From Paraphysomonas bandaiensis (lineage: Eukaryota; Protista; Chrysophyceae): 50,264 bases of DNA. The DNA is taken from positions 1 to 50,264 of the forward strand of contig CBFFRP010000422.1 of the NCBI GenBank assembly GCA_965644295.1, in the 5' to 3' direction. Below are positions 1 through 11,199 of the stretch, piece after piece. The notes beneath the pieces were generated by a model. It searched no databases. It was not told the origin of the DNA and saw only the letters and a program-made list of their open reading frames with translations. The translations under genes were made by a program, and so were the position numbers. Positions within the stretch are counted from its first letter, which is position 1. Each line of letters begins with the position of its first letter.

Positions 1-369
1 TGAGTTTTTTAGACAGAGGTTTAGACTTAGAGATGAGTCTATTTTACTGTCAAGAATTTTTTATCTCAGGCATTCAATAGCTGGGAGGCGTCATAGTACA
101 ACACTCAATTGAGGGGGAGTGTTGAGATCTGAAGATTCTATATACTTGCAATTGAGTGCAGTATTATGTGAGATGCAAGGATCGAAAGATATATATGTAA
201 TTAGTACATTATATTGTGTAGTATGAAACTGAAGTAGAAGTGGATGACTATACAGGATACGATCACTGAGTGTGTGGTTTGTACACTATAGTAGTAAATG
301 AATGGTGTTGAACACATCGAACACAACTTAGGTTCTTTATCATGTAATGTTTATAATTTCATCTTATCA
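1..369 (+). mobile_element. 3' end of a Ty1/Copia LTR retrotransposon (RNase H tail, PPT, 3' LTR)
   Basis: The frame from nt 2 reads EFFRQRFRL..., like a Copia RNase H C-terminus. PPT GAGGGGGAG (111-119) is immediately followed by TGTTGAGA (120). The likely LTR end is TCTTATCA (362-369), but this is unconfirmed because the partner LTR is outside the window. Confidence 0.7.
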
Positions 370-1314
370 GTTGAGAATAGTAAACCTTAGCAAATAATGT
401 CAACTTCTGTTAGGCGTCGCAGCTACTTGATAAATAACTATCCAATAAGGATTAGCCAAAAAAGCGGGATTTTCGTCCATTCACTGAATGTTGGGTAATC
501 GTACCAAACACGCTAAAACAAAATGTACTCATCCGCTGAATATTCGAAATACAGAGAATAATTATTCAGTGGATTAACTGGAAGGGACCTTAGTAAATAT
601 TAGTTGCTTATTGAATAACTCTATCACATAATCTTCGGAATACTCTTAGAAAATATAAGATTGTAGCAAGACTTGAAATTGTAGCATCAGAAAAGATGAT
701 AAAAGCCTTCCAATCTAGCCGGGTTTTTAATTAGTAGAACTACAAACTACAAAGTGCAAGAAGAATACAATCTACTCGTACTTAGGATTAATCTGCACTA
801 TATTATATAACTATACTTTTAAGTTGATGTAGCATAGACGTTTGAGTTACTAACAGTATACATCTATTAATCAGCGTGTTCTGAAACTGCACAAGGGTGA
901 TCCTTTTATTATTATATATTGGTAAGGCAACAGTAAGAACGTAAGAACATAGTAACCACTACGCAATTATATTCCACTCAAAGTTTCAATATATTTTTGT
1001 AAAGACAAACTCCTTACTCCTTACAATTAGTACATAATATCTGAAAGAACACTATTGTCAAATGTACCACAACAATACTTCCCTAAGGGCGTTCCTGTTA
1101 TGAAATATTCTTCAGGAAAGAAATGTGTCGGACAACTGAAACACTCCTCGAAAGTAAATAATTCGCACCACTATTACGATAGAACTAGTCAATGAAGAAA
1201 CTATACTCTATATTCACCACAGATTGAAATACATGTAGCCTCGAAGGACACGGATGGAATTCACCGGACATGATGTTCACACTCTAAACTTGAAACACAC
1301 ATTGCACTGTGACC

Positions 1315-2031
1315 TCAAGACTGAAACTTATGCAGCATTTTGTTACTCTGAGAAGCAACATCAGTAAGTGACTTGCGTATACCCGCGGCCTCCTTATGCG
1401 CTTCGTCGAATTCTGCTTTTAGCCGTGCAATATCATCCTCAACCGTACTGGGAGTGGAAAACACTGGGTGTTCCTTCACTAGTTGATTAGGTAATGTAGC
1501 TGGGGAATACTCACGATCTCCATTAAATACATCTTCATTTGCTTTTAATTCACTTGCCAGCTTCGATGGGTTGATACAACTCGAAGTCTTACCGGCGGAT
1601 GTGTCATCGGAACACAATAATTCCTGCCCATCGCAAGGCTCTGAACTAGATTTCAGATTGGAAGATTCGATTTCACTGACACCCTCGCTACTATCATGAC
1701 CGTGTTGCTGTAAAAAGTGATAGAAGTCTTGCTTCATATATTTCTCAAAGTATTCAAGAAACTGTTCTCGCGAACGATCTGTCTGAATGCGATACTTTTG
1801 TAAATGCGATTTAATGTGTTCACGCGTCAGGTCTGGAGTTTCAGGCATCAGCCCAATCAGTGCTTTCGGCGAAGACTGCGCTAGACCCACCTGAAATATA
1901 GCAGCAACAATACTTTTTTCCAACTCAACATAATCCATTCTCTCGCGCTCGTCAGTTATTTCACTTGGTATTAATGGTCCGCTTAATTTCTGACGTTTAT
2001 TACTGCTCTCATTAGAACTTTCATCTGTCAT
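1315..2031 (-). CDS. GARP/G2-like (SHAQKYF-class) MYB transcription factor
   Basis: Motif AIFQVGLAQSSPKALIGLMPETPDLTREHIKSHLQKYR and a C-terminal coiled coil. First ATG at 2031 (the ORF-track start at 2055 is GTG). Confidence 0.85.
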   Translation of the reverse strand: MTDESSNESSNKRQKLSGPLIPSEITDERERMDYVELEKSIVAAIFQVGLAQSSPKALIGLMPETPDLTREHIKSHLQKYRIQTDRSREQFLEYFEKYMKQDFYHFLQQHGHDSSEGVSEIESSNLKSSSEPCDGQELLCSDDTSAGKTSSCINPSKLASELKANEDVFNGDREYSPATLPNQLVKEHPVFSTPSTVEDDIARLKAEFDEAHKEAAGIRKSLTDVASQSNKMLHKFQS

Positions 2032-2149
2032 ACTTCTACTGCACCAGACCCACACCTCGCAGGAATAAAAGAAACTATTCCCACCAAACGGTGACGATTG
2101 ATTTTATGCTTCCAAACATGTCCTTCCAAATGGAAAATCAGATGTATAG

Positions 2150-2304
2150 ACATACATACATACGTACATACATACATACATACATACATACATACATACA
2201 TACATACATACATACATACATACATACATACATACATACATACATACATACATACATACATACATACATACATACATACATACATACATACATACATACA
2301 TACA

Positions 2305-2338
<34 letters not shown>

Positions 2339-2496
2339 CATACATACATACATACATACATACATACATACATACATACATACATACATACATACATACA
2401 TACATACATACATACATACATACATACATACATACATACATACATACATACATACATACATACATACATACATACATACATACATACATACATACA

Positions 2497-2526
<30 letters not shown>
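2150..2526. repeat. (TACA)n tetranucleotide microsatellite, ~375 bp
   Basis: Near-perfect ACAT repeat read directly. Confidence 0.98.
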
Positions 2527-2532
<6 letters not shown>

Positions 2533-2683
2533 TTATCTTCGTACGTATAGATCCACGACAACTGCTTTCATTTTCAGTATTCATCATCGTGATAGTGACT
2601 ATATTCTTGTAAGTTACACCTGGACATATGTGGCGACACTGTGCTTCATTCGTGACCCTGATTGATGAAATTCTATTTGAAAG

Positions 2684-4507
2684 ATGAGTCATGACGGGAA
2701 AAGTGATAATCCGGATGATGATCGGAGACTCACTGTGCGTGACAGATGGGAGAGTTTCAGAAGAGTTATACATGTTGTGTCGAATAATGCGCGCATGGAA
2801 TATCTTTATTATGATCTGAAACTACCTCTTAATCACAATTCTGACCAGACTGCCGTTCTTGCTGATGAATTATCTCATAAGAAGCCTGATATTTACTTTT
2901 GCGTTCGTGCACTAGAGCGCGGAGCAGATCCCAATGCGATTATAGGGGATGGTTTGGAGAGGCCAATACATCGAGCAGCCAAGAAAGCATCTCCTAAGGT
3001 TATAGAATATTTATTGCGGGCAGGTGCAGATGTGAATGCTCTCAACTCACGGAATCAAACTGCATTGATAATAGCCAGTGACACGAAACGAGTAGATGGT
3101 GGATATATTGCGGTCATCAGATTATTGTGCCGATACCCTGGTAGCAAACTTGAAGCAAGAGATATTGGAGGAAATACGCCTCTTCTGAATGGTATATTTA
3201 GAAATAATGTTTGGGTCACCAGGTACTATGAAACGTATTTTTCCTGCCTTTGCTGTTTTGCATATTTTTATCTTTTCTACGTTATATTGCGATGCAAAAC
3301 TGAAGTTTCATCATTGCTGGCAGGGAGTTACTGCTAGCTGGTGCTAAAGTATACCGGGGTGAGCGGAGTCCTTATGAGATTTCCTTGTTTATATTAGCTC
3401 AGCACATACACCTGGAAGTTCACGAAGTCCCTGACAAACTTCTGCACCCGTGGAAATACGACGCAAAGTACTTTCTCTTTTCTCCGAGAGGTGCTTATAA
3501 GCGAAGTATATACACTGCATTTCAATTGTGTACGAATAGCGACATTGAGCTAGTGTTCAAGATGGTGCAACGTAGGTATGAATGTATGCCATTCTCTGTG
3601 ATATATCTATGAATGCTTCATATATAGGTATTGCCTGGGTGTGTATATCTAGTTTAATATAATATGAGCAGGCTACTTGACCTTGAGTTCCAAGGAGTGA
3701 ACACAGATCGACCGAATACTGTTCGGGGGACATATGTCAACAGGGAGGAGGGAAAAAAAGAGATTCACGAGAAGCTGGAGAAGAGACTAAGTAAGAGGGA
3801 ACAGCGAGAGGCAAAGTACGCGTTTTCATTTGGCTCGTATTATTCAAGCTTTGTAAATCACAATCATTATGTCTATTGCGAAAGAGTTTCTGAATTACAG
3901 TGAATTTGTTCGATGTGATTTTCTATAATGTTGATGCGTGTTTGCGTAGATTCACAACGGCACCGATTTTTTCTGATGTTAACAGTGATTGATACTTATA
4001 AATAAATGCAGGCGCAAGGAGGAGAAGCGACTTAGAAGGGAGAAAGCTGAAAGAGAGCGATGGGAAAATATTAAAGCGGTACCTCACCTGTCCCAAGCAT
4101 GTTTTTTTTTGCCGCATCTGAAGTATAACCTGTGGTCTAATTTCTCGTACTATTGTCAGGGAATTGTCCGGAGTGTGGAAAATGAATACTCATTTGAGAA
4201 AAAAACGAAGACAGTTGATATGGAGCAGACTTGGGCAGTGGACAATTGTGTACTGCATGATGACTCCTTTTTTCCAGACAACAAGTCGATAGTCGCAAGT
4301 GATCGGCATAACTCGAAGAGTACAAATAGTCTCAACGTATCTAAAGACTCTGACACGTTTAGCACTGGATCTGGAGGGAAACGTTGGAAGGTGGCCACCA
4401 GAAAATACCCGTCGGTGTATTCAGCCAATCCATTGCCGGGAATCTCGGCCTCTCTTGTGAATGATCCACCTGGTGGTAGGCATGCTTCTCAAGCTATACG
4501 TAAATGA
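2684..4507 (+). CDS. Multi-exon ankyrin-repeat protein
   Basis: Ankyrin motifs ERPIHRAA..LLRAGADVNALNSRNQTALIIA and GNTPLLNG. Intron 3223-3323 (GT..AG) rejoins in frame to RELLLAGAK. Later exons encode charged coiled-coil and low-complexity sequence, and their boundaries are approximate. Confidence 0.75.
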
Positions 4508-5200
4508 ATGTTTAATGCGCTAAAGAGTGAAATGTATACTATCCATTGTTAACCTCTGTGTCATATATGGGCTGGATATAGTGGTATTATATTGCAGTAG
4601 TGAGTTAATGGGAATGTATGTTGTGGATATTTATATCGTTTTATTTTTGGTATTGTCGAAAGAGTTAACTATTGTATTAAACTCGACACTTATATTAAAA
4701 CTGTACCAATATTACAGTGTAATAGAATTACGTAATCTTATTGTATTCAAAACAAAAGTTAGAGCTGAGATTAGACCGTGAATAATGAATGTTAATAATT
4801 GTAAAACGACTCTACCCTGCAATCAAGTCCCCTTACTATCTCCTTCATTCTACATTCTACCTTTTTTCTATCTGAATTCGAGTCACTAGCACTGTTACTA
4901 ATTTACTACCCTCTTCACCTTTACGTAGTGTTCTGTGTTGGAATACGTATGTTTCTCTAAGATAGTACTGTAGAATACGTTAACTACAATAATGTGAAAA
5001 GCAGTAATACGTAGACAAAGGTACTATATAGCTATAACTGTGAAACTGAAGTATTGTATCATGGCAGTTCAATATACGGAAGTTGAGCATTGGTTGATAT
5101 GAAATAAATAAATTATCATGTTGTTGACATGTTTTACATATGTTAACGCCAATGCTCAGTCAAATACGAAGCTCAAGTGTGATGTATTGATGTATTACAT

Positions 5201-5425
5201 GTAGTGAATGCCTTATTATTAGCAATAGGCGTGTAAGAGTCAGAACTAATGTAGCGAAACAAGCTGAACTAACTAGTGCTTAACTCTGATATCCTACTAT
5301 TTGGTATTTGGCGCTACGAAAGTTGCTTGTGCGTTTCCGCAAGCACCAAGGTGCAACCACTTTCGCCCTATTGCTCAAAGCAGAATGCTGCTATACCTGA
5401 CATCTTCTGACTTCAGAATAGTTTG
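5201..5425 (-). mobile_element. 5'-truncated copy of the short non-autonomous retroposon family (full copies at 20805, 22684, 28603)
   Basis: Shares TTAGCAATAGGCGTGTAAGAGTCAGAACTA...GCAAGCACC..GCAACCACTTTCG with 20805-21375. Flanked by GATGTATT(A/T)CAT at 5189-5200 and 5426-5437, a probable TSD with one mismatch. Confidence 0.75.
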
Positions 5426-5691
5426 GATGTATTTCATGTATACTTTAATCTTTAATTAATGAACAGATTGTAGATTGTGATATCCTGCTCGAGTGGACAA
5501 GTTGGTCTAGAGGTCAATACCATAAAATTTTTATTCAGTCGCGACATTTTGACTAGGTTGAATAATATATATAGTACAACAACGTACAAGCAGGCTTGCG
5601 TAACCATTAATGGTAATGGCCATTAATGGCCTTCCCCCATAAAATGGAAAAAAAGCAATTCATTAATGGCCATAAAAATGGGGGAGAGATG

Positions 5692-5985
5692 TGTTGAGAA
5701 ATGCTCATTTTACACTAGATCACAGAGAGAATTTGTCGTAAGACTAGATAGATTTATTAGTATCGTTTACACGAAGTTGTGATAACCAACACTAACTCAT
5801 TATAATCCCTGCATAATATCCTACATATGCGAACCTCTCGTTACTGAACATATCTTGAACGATCAAACTATTTCAGTTTCTCAATATCATCACAGCATTT
5901 GTACATCACTATATTTCACTGTATTCTCGTACATTGTCTTGAAGTGACATACTGAATATACTAGAATAAGATCCATATTCTAATA
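5692..5985 (-). repeat. 3' LTR of Copia element
   Basis: Direct repeat of 10906-11199, adjacent to the PPT. Confidence 0.95.
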
Positions 5986-5994
5986 CTCCCACTC
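5986..5994 (-). promoter_or_regulatory. Polypurine tract (GAGTGGGAG)
   Basis: Purine-rich run directly abutting the 3' LTR on the element strand. Confidence 0.8.
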
Positions 5995-6164
5995 AATGTA
6001 GAATGCAGTGAGATAAAACAACAGTGATCACAATAATCTGATAATGCTATGACTATCTAGTCCCATAGGTAAAAACAGATGTGAAATCTTTTAAAGATAC
6101 ATATATATCTAGCAGTCAACTAGATATACAGTTATGTGGGATTTTCACCCACTAAAACACACCT

Positions 6165-9100
6165 TTAACCTCTTCGGGGTCGTTTCTTCTGCTGCTCCTC
6201 CACACTGTTAGACACACTCCTCTTAACCCCGGTAATCGTTTTCTCATGACGGCTGAAGATCTTCGTGGACAACGCCTTTGTAAAAATATCGGCCGCCATA
6301 TCATCCGTAGATACATGAATCAACTTTGCTGTAGGAAATTTTCCATTAACATGTTCTCTTATCCAGTGATACTTGATGTCAATATGCTTCGACCTCTTAT
6401 GATACACTGGATTCTCTGAAAGATCCTTTGCACTCTTACTATCCATAAAGAATGGAGTCGGCTTCGCTACCAAGAGTCCGAGCTCCTTGAACACCCCCCG
6501 AAGCCACACCAGTTCTTGCAAAGCCGCATACTCCGCCATATACTCAGATTCCATGCTCGAAGTCGCAACTGTGGTCTGAAGCTTGGATTGCCAGGCCAAA
6601 GCGCCCGCACATAAAAGCACGATGTATCCCGTTGTGGACCGCCTAGTCATCCTATCACCATCCCAGTCTGAATCACTGAATACATGTAAATCAAACTCAC
6701 TCCCACTGAATCTGATTCCCTTATCAACTGTACCACGTAAATATTTCAACAAATGAATAGCTAATCTGCAAGTCGCATATGTTGGAGAAGTACTAAATCG
6801 AGCCAATAACCCCACAGCGTAAGCCAGATCAGGTCTAGTGTGAATCGCCAAATGCAACACCGCTCCAATAATTCCTCTATACGGAAATGATTCGACCCAC
6901 TGCTTCTGCTCCTCTGTCAGCTCACGTTGCTCTGCCAACAAATCCTGAACATTGGTAGGTAGTGGAGTCTCCTTATTCTTACTGCTCTTCCCCATAAACG
7001 AATCGAATTTCTTTACAATATTCTTGGCATATTCCGATTGATCTAACATGTACCAGTCCTCTCCTCTCGTGATTCTGATATTCAGAAACCGTTTGCACAC
7101 ACCCAGATCGTGCATTTCAAACGTTTCGCAGAACCTACGTTTAACACTTTCTAAGTAGGTGAGATCAGCAGATGCAATGATAATATCATCAACATATATC
7201 AGCAATAAGTGCAATTGACCATTACTCCATCGCATATACAAGCATGTATCTAAAATGCAAGCAGTAAAATGTAACGATTTGATAAACTTGTCAATATGCT
7301 TGTTCCACTGCCTTGGTGATGACCGCAAACCATATAAGGCCTTGATCAATTGAAAACACCACCCCGCTGGCAACTCTTCATCAGGTGGAGGTGCCATATA
7401 CACATCCTCCTCAAGATCGGCATAACAAAACGCTGATGATACGTCCAACTGATGTACATGCATATGAAACATAAAGGCAATTGCAAGCACCAGTCGAATG
7501 GTTATTCCTTTGACCACTGGAGCAAACGTGGACTGCTCCTCCTCCGTTTTTTCTTGTAAATTTCCTAATGCAACCAGCCGCGCCTTATACTTGACTACAT
7601 TCCCCAGAAGGTCTCTCTTCACCGTGTGAACATACTTTGCTCGCACCAACTTCACTCCCCGTGGAGTCCGCACAATCTTTAAGACACGTCTCTTCAGTAG
7701 TGAGGTCTTCTCCACCTTCCGAGCTTCTCGCCACTTCATGTACTGTGGAGATCTCTCCGCTTCAGCATAGGAGTCTGGTATCTTAAAGTCATCATGTTGA
7801 AACTCTGCATGTTTAAAGTTAAAAGTGCATGCATCTGGCACCTCAACCATATTTATTTCTCCTAACACCGATGCGTTCGCCAACCTACGCTGTAGCCGTT
7901 TCCGCCGTACACGACCATCACCATCTAGTTCAATAGGTCGTCTAGGAGATATATACGAACCCATACCTTGCTCATCCTGAGCCCGCAAATCTTGCGGTGT
8001 GGGAGGAGCCCCGCTCGCATCCCCAGACCCACGGTCTGTCAAGGTCTGCAACCTCACGACTGTCCGTTGACAGGTTGGGTCAGGACTCTCCTGGAACCCT
8101 CCAGGTCTTCCCTGGTCCAGCTCCCTGGCTGGCGTAGTACTCAGGGCGTCCCCCTTTCCTATGTACCCGGTATTCCCGGGGGTTTCTGCAGTCATACGCA
8201 CCACGTCTTCGACGTGTATAGGCACCCGGTGCTCTATATGCTCGCGACCTGCAGTAACAAGTGAACGGTATGCTACAATCACACCCTTACGTTCTACAAC
8301 TCTTGTTGTCTTATACAGAAGTCCGTCCTCATCATCAATATGATACGTTCCTTCTAAGCTGACATAGTCGGATGCAAGCTTGGGTCTAGCGGCCTCCCGC
8401 ACTCGAAGAGCATCAATCTCTGCGAAATACTTCTCTGATCGTGATGGCGTTGACTCATCAGTCAATATATGGACTGTAGTCACCACCTTGTTTGATTCAG
8501 GAAGATATACATGATATCCTACCTTCTCATCAGAGTAACCCATTAAATATCCAACTAGAGCCTTATCCTCCCAATCCTTTCGTCGATCCGCCTTCGGTGA
8601 AAGAACATAAGTTCGACACCCCCATACCCTAAGATATCTCAAATTTGGAGGCTCACCCGTTAGAAACTCTATAGGAGACATATACCCTTTATCTGTTTTC
8701 GTTGGCAATCGAATCAAAATATATCTGGCTGCCATGTATGCATCCAGCCAAAATTGCGGTGGCAGTCCAGATTGGATTAGCATTGCAAGAGTCATCTCTC
8801 CAGCAGTTCTGAACTTCCTCTCCTCTATGGCATTCGTTTCTGGAGAGTCTGTTGAGCTCCACGTATGTTGATAGCACTCCTGTGTCCTAAGATACTGACG
8901 CAGCTCTTCACTGATTAACTCTCTTGCACCATCTGCATGATAGTGCTCCATCTTGAGCTTGTACCTTCTAACATCTCCTCTAAATAGCTCTTTGAAGACT
9001 TCTAAGATCGCTTCCCCAGTTCTGTGGACTAAACCCGTCGCCCAGAACATTTTGCTGGCATGATGCGTTATCTTTAACACATACCTCTCACCTCCTCTAG

Positions 9101-10922
9101 CAGGACAATTTAAGTACACAGCGATATCTGCTGAAAAATTCGGTCTAACGGAATTCTCGTCCTTCGTTCGGAAGCTGACTCGGGTTATCTTAGACCTGGC
9201 ACACACATCACACAAACACTGATTTTTGTGTACCTTGGCTGTGAGGTGTTTCCGTTTCAACCCTGTACCCATGATGAGCATCCTCTTATGTGCCTCTACT
9301 AAAGCATGTTTGTTGAAGTGACCCGCTCTCCGATGCAGCAACTCCAGCTCGTCCTCACCAGTCCTATCGCTAAGATTTACTTCACAATTACTCGGTGTAG
9401 ACACATCTGGAAGCTCCAACAGCTGCTGAGTTGGAACTGCAGTCATTCCATTCTTCATGGGTCCCTCCAGTACCAGTTCACCAGTATTACAGTCATAAAT
9501 TTGGATCCCATACCACACCGTGAATCGATAGCCCATTTCGTTCAGCTTACGTCCGGAGCACAGGCATCGATTGATCTGATCTGAAATTTCTATGTCTCTC
9601 CATGCTCCACGGGAACCCACACTTGTGATATGAATCTCTGATCCCTTCTTAGAGCCGCTTATCACCTTTGATGTATTCATATGAGTGTCAAGCATGGTCA
9701 CATCATTCATCAAGAACATTGATGATGAACAGCAGGTGTCAATATATGTATAATGCATGTCATCATTTACACTACATATATTCGTTTCATGTATATTGCA
9801 TGACAATTTCATAACATCCTCGATCATATTTGCTTCATCTTCATCAGAGAATTCTGCTGGTTCTCCACGCCGTATATTCTCTACTGTCAGCAGCCTTTTG
9901 TCCGGCTTCCTACCATGATTCTTCCCTTTCTCTCCTCTTCTAGAATGCTTTTTCTTCGTCGTTGGACAATCAGCAGCAAGATGTTCCAGAGACTTGCAAT
10001 TTCTGCATCCCGTGTATTCAGCACTTCCAGGACGCTGCCCTGATATCTCTCCATCCTTCTTCCTCTGCTTCCTCCTGCACTGTTCAGTTGAATGGCTATG
10101 AGGAATTCCTTCTTTCCTGCAATATCTACAGTTGCCCTTCTTACGCTTATCCCGTTCCGTTCGAGACCGTTTGCTCTTTTCAATGAAATTCAGCTCCTCC
10201 ACCTTCTTGCGTTTCCGCTCTAAAGCAATCCTTCCAGGAATGGTATCATCATACCGTTCTATCTTCCTTGATAATGTTGCATAATCAACATCATCAGGCA
10301 TCAAATACAAAGCAACATTCAGAGGAGCATATTCTTCATTCAACAGACCTTCTCGTAACCGTGTTATTTTTGAGAGCTCCGATATGTCCTGCTGCTGCTC
10401 CTGTAGCTCTTTCAGCAGTATTTCAAACCGTATTATATAGTCCTTCGCAGTCTCCTCCGGACGCATACGGAAAGAGCCATACTGAGTCAACAGCTCGCTG
10501 ATCTTGTTTTGCTTCCCTCCAGCAAAGCACTTCTTCAATTCATCAATCATAATATGCGCCTTAAACCTGTTGCTTCCTCTTCCATCAGCCTTGAACCCTT
10601 TATGTAAAAGATGGAATTTCTGAAGCGCCTTCGAAGATGATTGCACTGCCTCTCTGCAGTACGAATACGCTATGGCATTCGCCTTCCAGTACTTCTTCAC
10701 AGCCTGTCTGTAAGACTTCTCCTCCATTAACGTGAGTGGCTGTTCCCCGAAGTCGCTCTCCTTCGGTGGTGGCTCCACCGCTACTTCACTTTGCTCTTTC
10801 CTCATGAGGAATGTTTCGAAGTCCTCAATCCATTGTTCAACATTGCTCTCATTAAACTGTGGCACTACTCCTCTATCCTCCTTCTCTCCTCCTCGCTCGC
10901 TACCATGTTGAGAAATGCTCAT
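6165..10922 (-). CDS. Copia Gag-Pol polyprotein, 1585 aa
   Basis: Gag Zn knuckles (CRYC..H..C, CRNCKSLEHLAADC); protease YIDTCCS; integrase HRRAGH..CDVC, HADGARE, NAIEER; RT QLDVSSAF, LYGLRSSPRQW, YVDDII; RNase H FSDSDW, HIDIKYH, ADIFTKAL. Confidence 0.97.
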   Translation of the reverse strand: MSISQHGSERGGEKEDRGVVPQFNESNVEQWIEDFETFLMRKEQSEVAVEPPPKESDFGEQPLTLMEEKSYRQAVKKYWKANAIAYSYCREAVQSSSKALQKFHLLHKGFKADGRGSNRFKAHIMIDELKKCFAGGKQNKISELLTQYGSFRMRPEETAKDYIIRFEILLKELQEQQQDISELSKITRLREGLLNEEYAPLNVALYLMPDDVDYATLSRKIERYDDTIPGRIALERKRKKVEELNFIEKSKRSRTERDKRKKGNCRYCRKEGIPHSHSTEQCRRKQRKKDGEISGQRPGSAEYTGCRNCKSLEHLAADCPTTKKKHSRRGEKGKNHGRKPDKRLLTVENIRRGEPAEFSDEDEANMIEDVMKLSCNIHETNICSVNDDMHYTYIDTCCSSSMFLMNDVTMLDTHMNTSKVISGSKKGSEIHITSVGSRGAWRDIEISDQINRCLCSGRKLNEMGYRFTVWYGIQIYDCNTGELVLEGPMKNGMTAVPTQQLLELPDVSTPSNCEVNLSDRTGEDELELLHRRAGHFNKHALVEAHKRMLIMGTGLKRKHLTAKVHKNQCLCDVCARSKITRVSFRTKDENSVRPNFSADIAVYLNCPARGGERYVLKITHHASKMFWATGLVHRTGEAILEVFKELFRGDVRRYKLKMEHYHADGARELISEELRQYLRTQECYQHTWSSTDSPETNAIEERKFRTAGEMTLAMLIQSGLPPQFWLDAYMAARYILIRLPTKTDKGYMSPIEFLTGEPPNLRYLRVWGCRTYVLSPKADRRKDWEDKALVGYLMGYSDEKVGYHVYLPESNKVVTTVHILTDESTPSRSEKYFAEIDALRVREAARPKLASDYVSLEGTYHIDDEDGLLYKTTRVVERKGVIVAYRSLVTAGREHIEHRVPIHVEDVVRMTAETPGNTGYIGKGDALSTTPARELDQGRPGGFQESPDPTCQRTVVRLQTLTDRGSGDASGAPPTPQDLRAQDEQGMGSYISPRRPIELDGDGRVRRKRLQRRLANASVLGEINMVEVPDACTFNFKHAEFQHDDFKIPDSYAEAERSPQYMKWREARKVEKTSLLKRRVLKIVRTPRGVKLVRAKYVHTVKRDLLGNVVKYKARLVALGNLQEKTEEEQSTFAPVVKGITIRLVLAIAFMFHMHVHQLDVSSAFCYADLEEDVYMAPPPDEELPAGWCFQLIKALYGLRSSPRQWNKHIDKFIKSLHFTACILDTCLYMRWSNGQLHLLLIYVDDIIIASADLTYLESVKRRFCETFEMHDLGVCKRFLNIRITRGEDWYMLDQSEYAKNIVKKFDSFMGKSSKNKETPLPTNVQDLLAEQRELTEEQKQWVESFPYRGIIGAVLHLAIHTRPDLAYAVGLLARFSTSPTYATCRLAIHLLKYLRGTVDKGIRFSGSEFDLHVFSDSDWDGDRMTRRSTTGYIVLLCAGALAWQSKLQTTVATSSMESEYMAEYAALQELVWLRGVFKELGLLVAKPTPFFMDSKSAKDLSENPVYHKRSKHIDIKYHWIREHVNGKFPTAKLIHVSTDDMAADIFTKALSTKIFSRHEKTITGVKRSVSNSVEEQQKKRPRRG
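10891..10905 (-). promoter_or_regulatory. Primer binding site (TGGTAGCGAGCG..., possibly tRNA-iMet)
   Basis: TGG-starting sequence immediately after the 5' LTR end CA. TGGTAGC resembles iMet-type PBSs, but the tRNA identity is an inference. Confidence 0.7.
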
Positions 10923-11199
10923 TTTACACTAGATCACAGAGAGAATTTGTCGTAAGACTAGATAGATTTATTAGTATCGTTTACACGAAGTTGTGATAAC
11001 CAACACTAACTCATTATAATCCCTGCATAATATCCTACATATGCGAACCTCTCGTTACTGAACATATCTTGAACGATCAAACTATTTCAGTTTCTCAATA
11101 TCATCACAGCATTTGTACATCACTATATTTCACTGTATTCTCGTACATTGTCTTGAAGTGACATACTGAATATACTAGAATAAGATCCATATTCTAATA
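10906..11199 (-). repeat. 5' LTR of Copia element
   Basis: Direct repeat of 5692-5985, adjacent to the PBS. Confidence 0.95.

Larger units (their letters stand above)
5692..11199 (-). mobile_element. Full-length Ty1/Copia LTR retrotransposon, 5508 bp
   Basis: Two 294-bp LTRs identical by eye, 5-bp TSD AGATG (5687-5691; 11200-11204), PBS, PPT and a single intact gag-pol ORF with PR-IN-RT-RH order. Confidence 0.97.

Noticed and set aside
2028-2773. ORFs encoding MYVC/HTYI repeats (also 18144-19009 and 30397-30861)
   Set aside because: These are translations of (TACA)n microsatellites, which lack stop codons in every frame. They are not proteins.
4527-4781. Hydrophobic 84-aa ORF (also 22286-22498)
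   Set aside because: AT-rich UTR/intergenic sequence with a non-ATG start; the hydrophobicity reflects base composition.
5591-5690. Repeated CCATTAATGG palindromes as a CRISPR-like or operator array
   Set aside because: Irregular spacing in a eukaryotic context; fully explained as hAT subterminal repeats.
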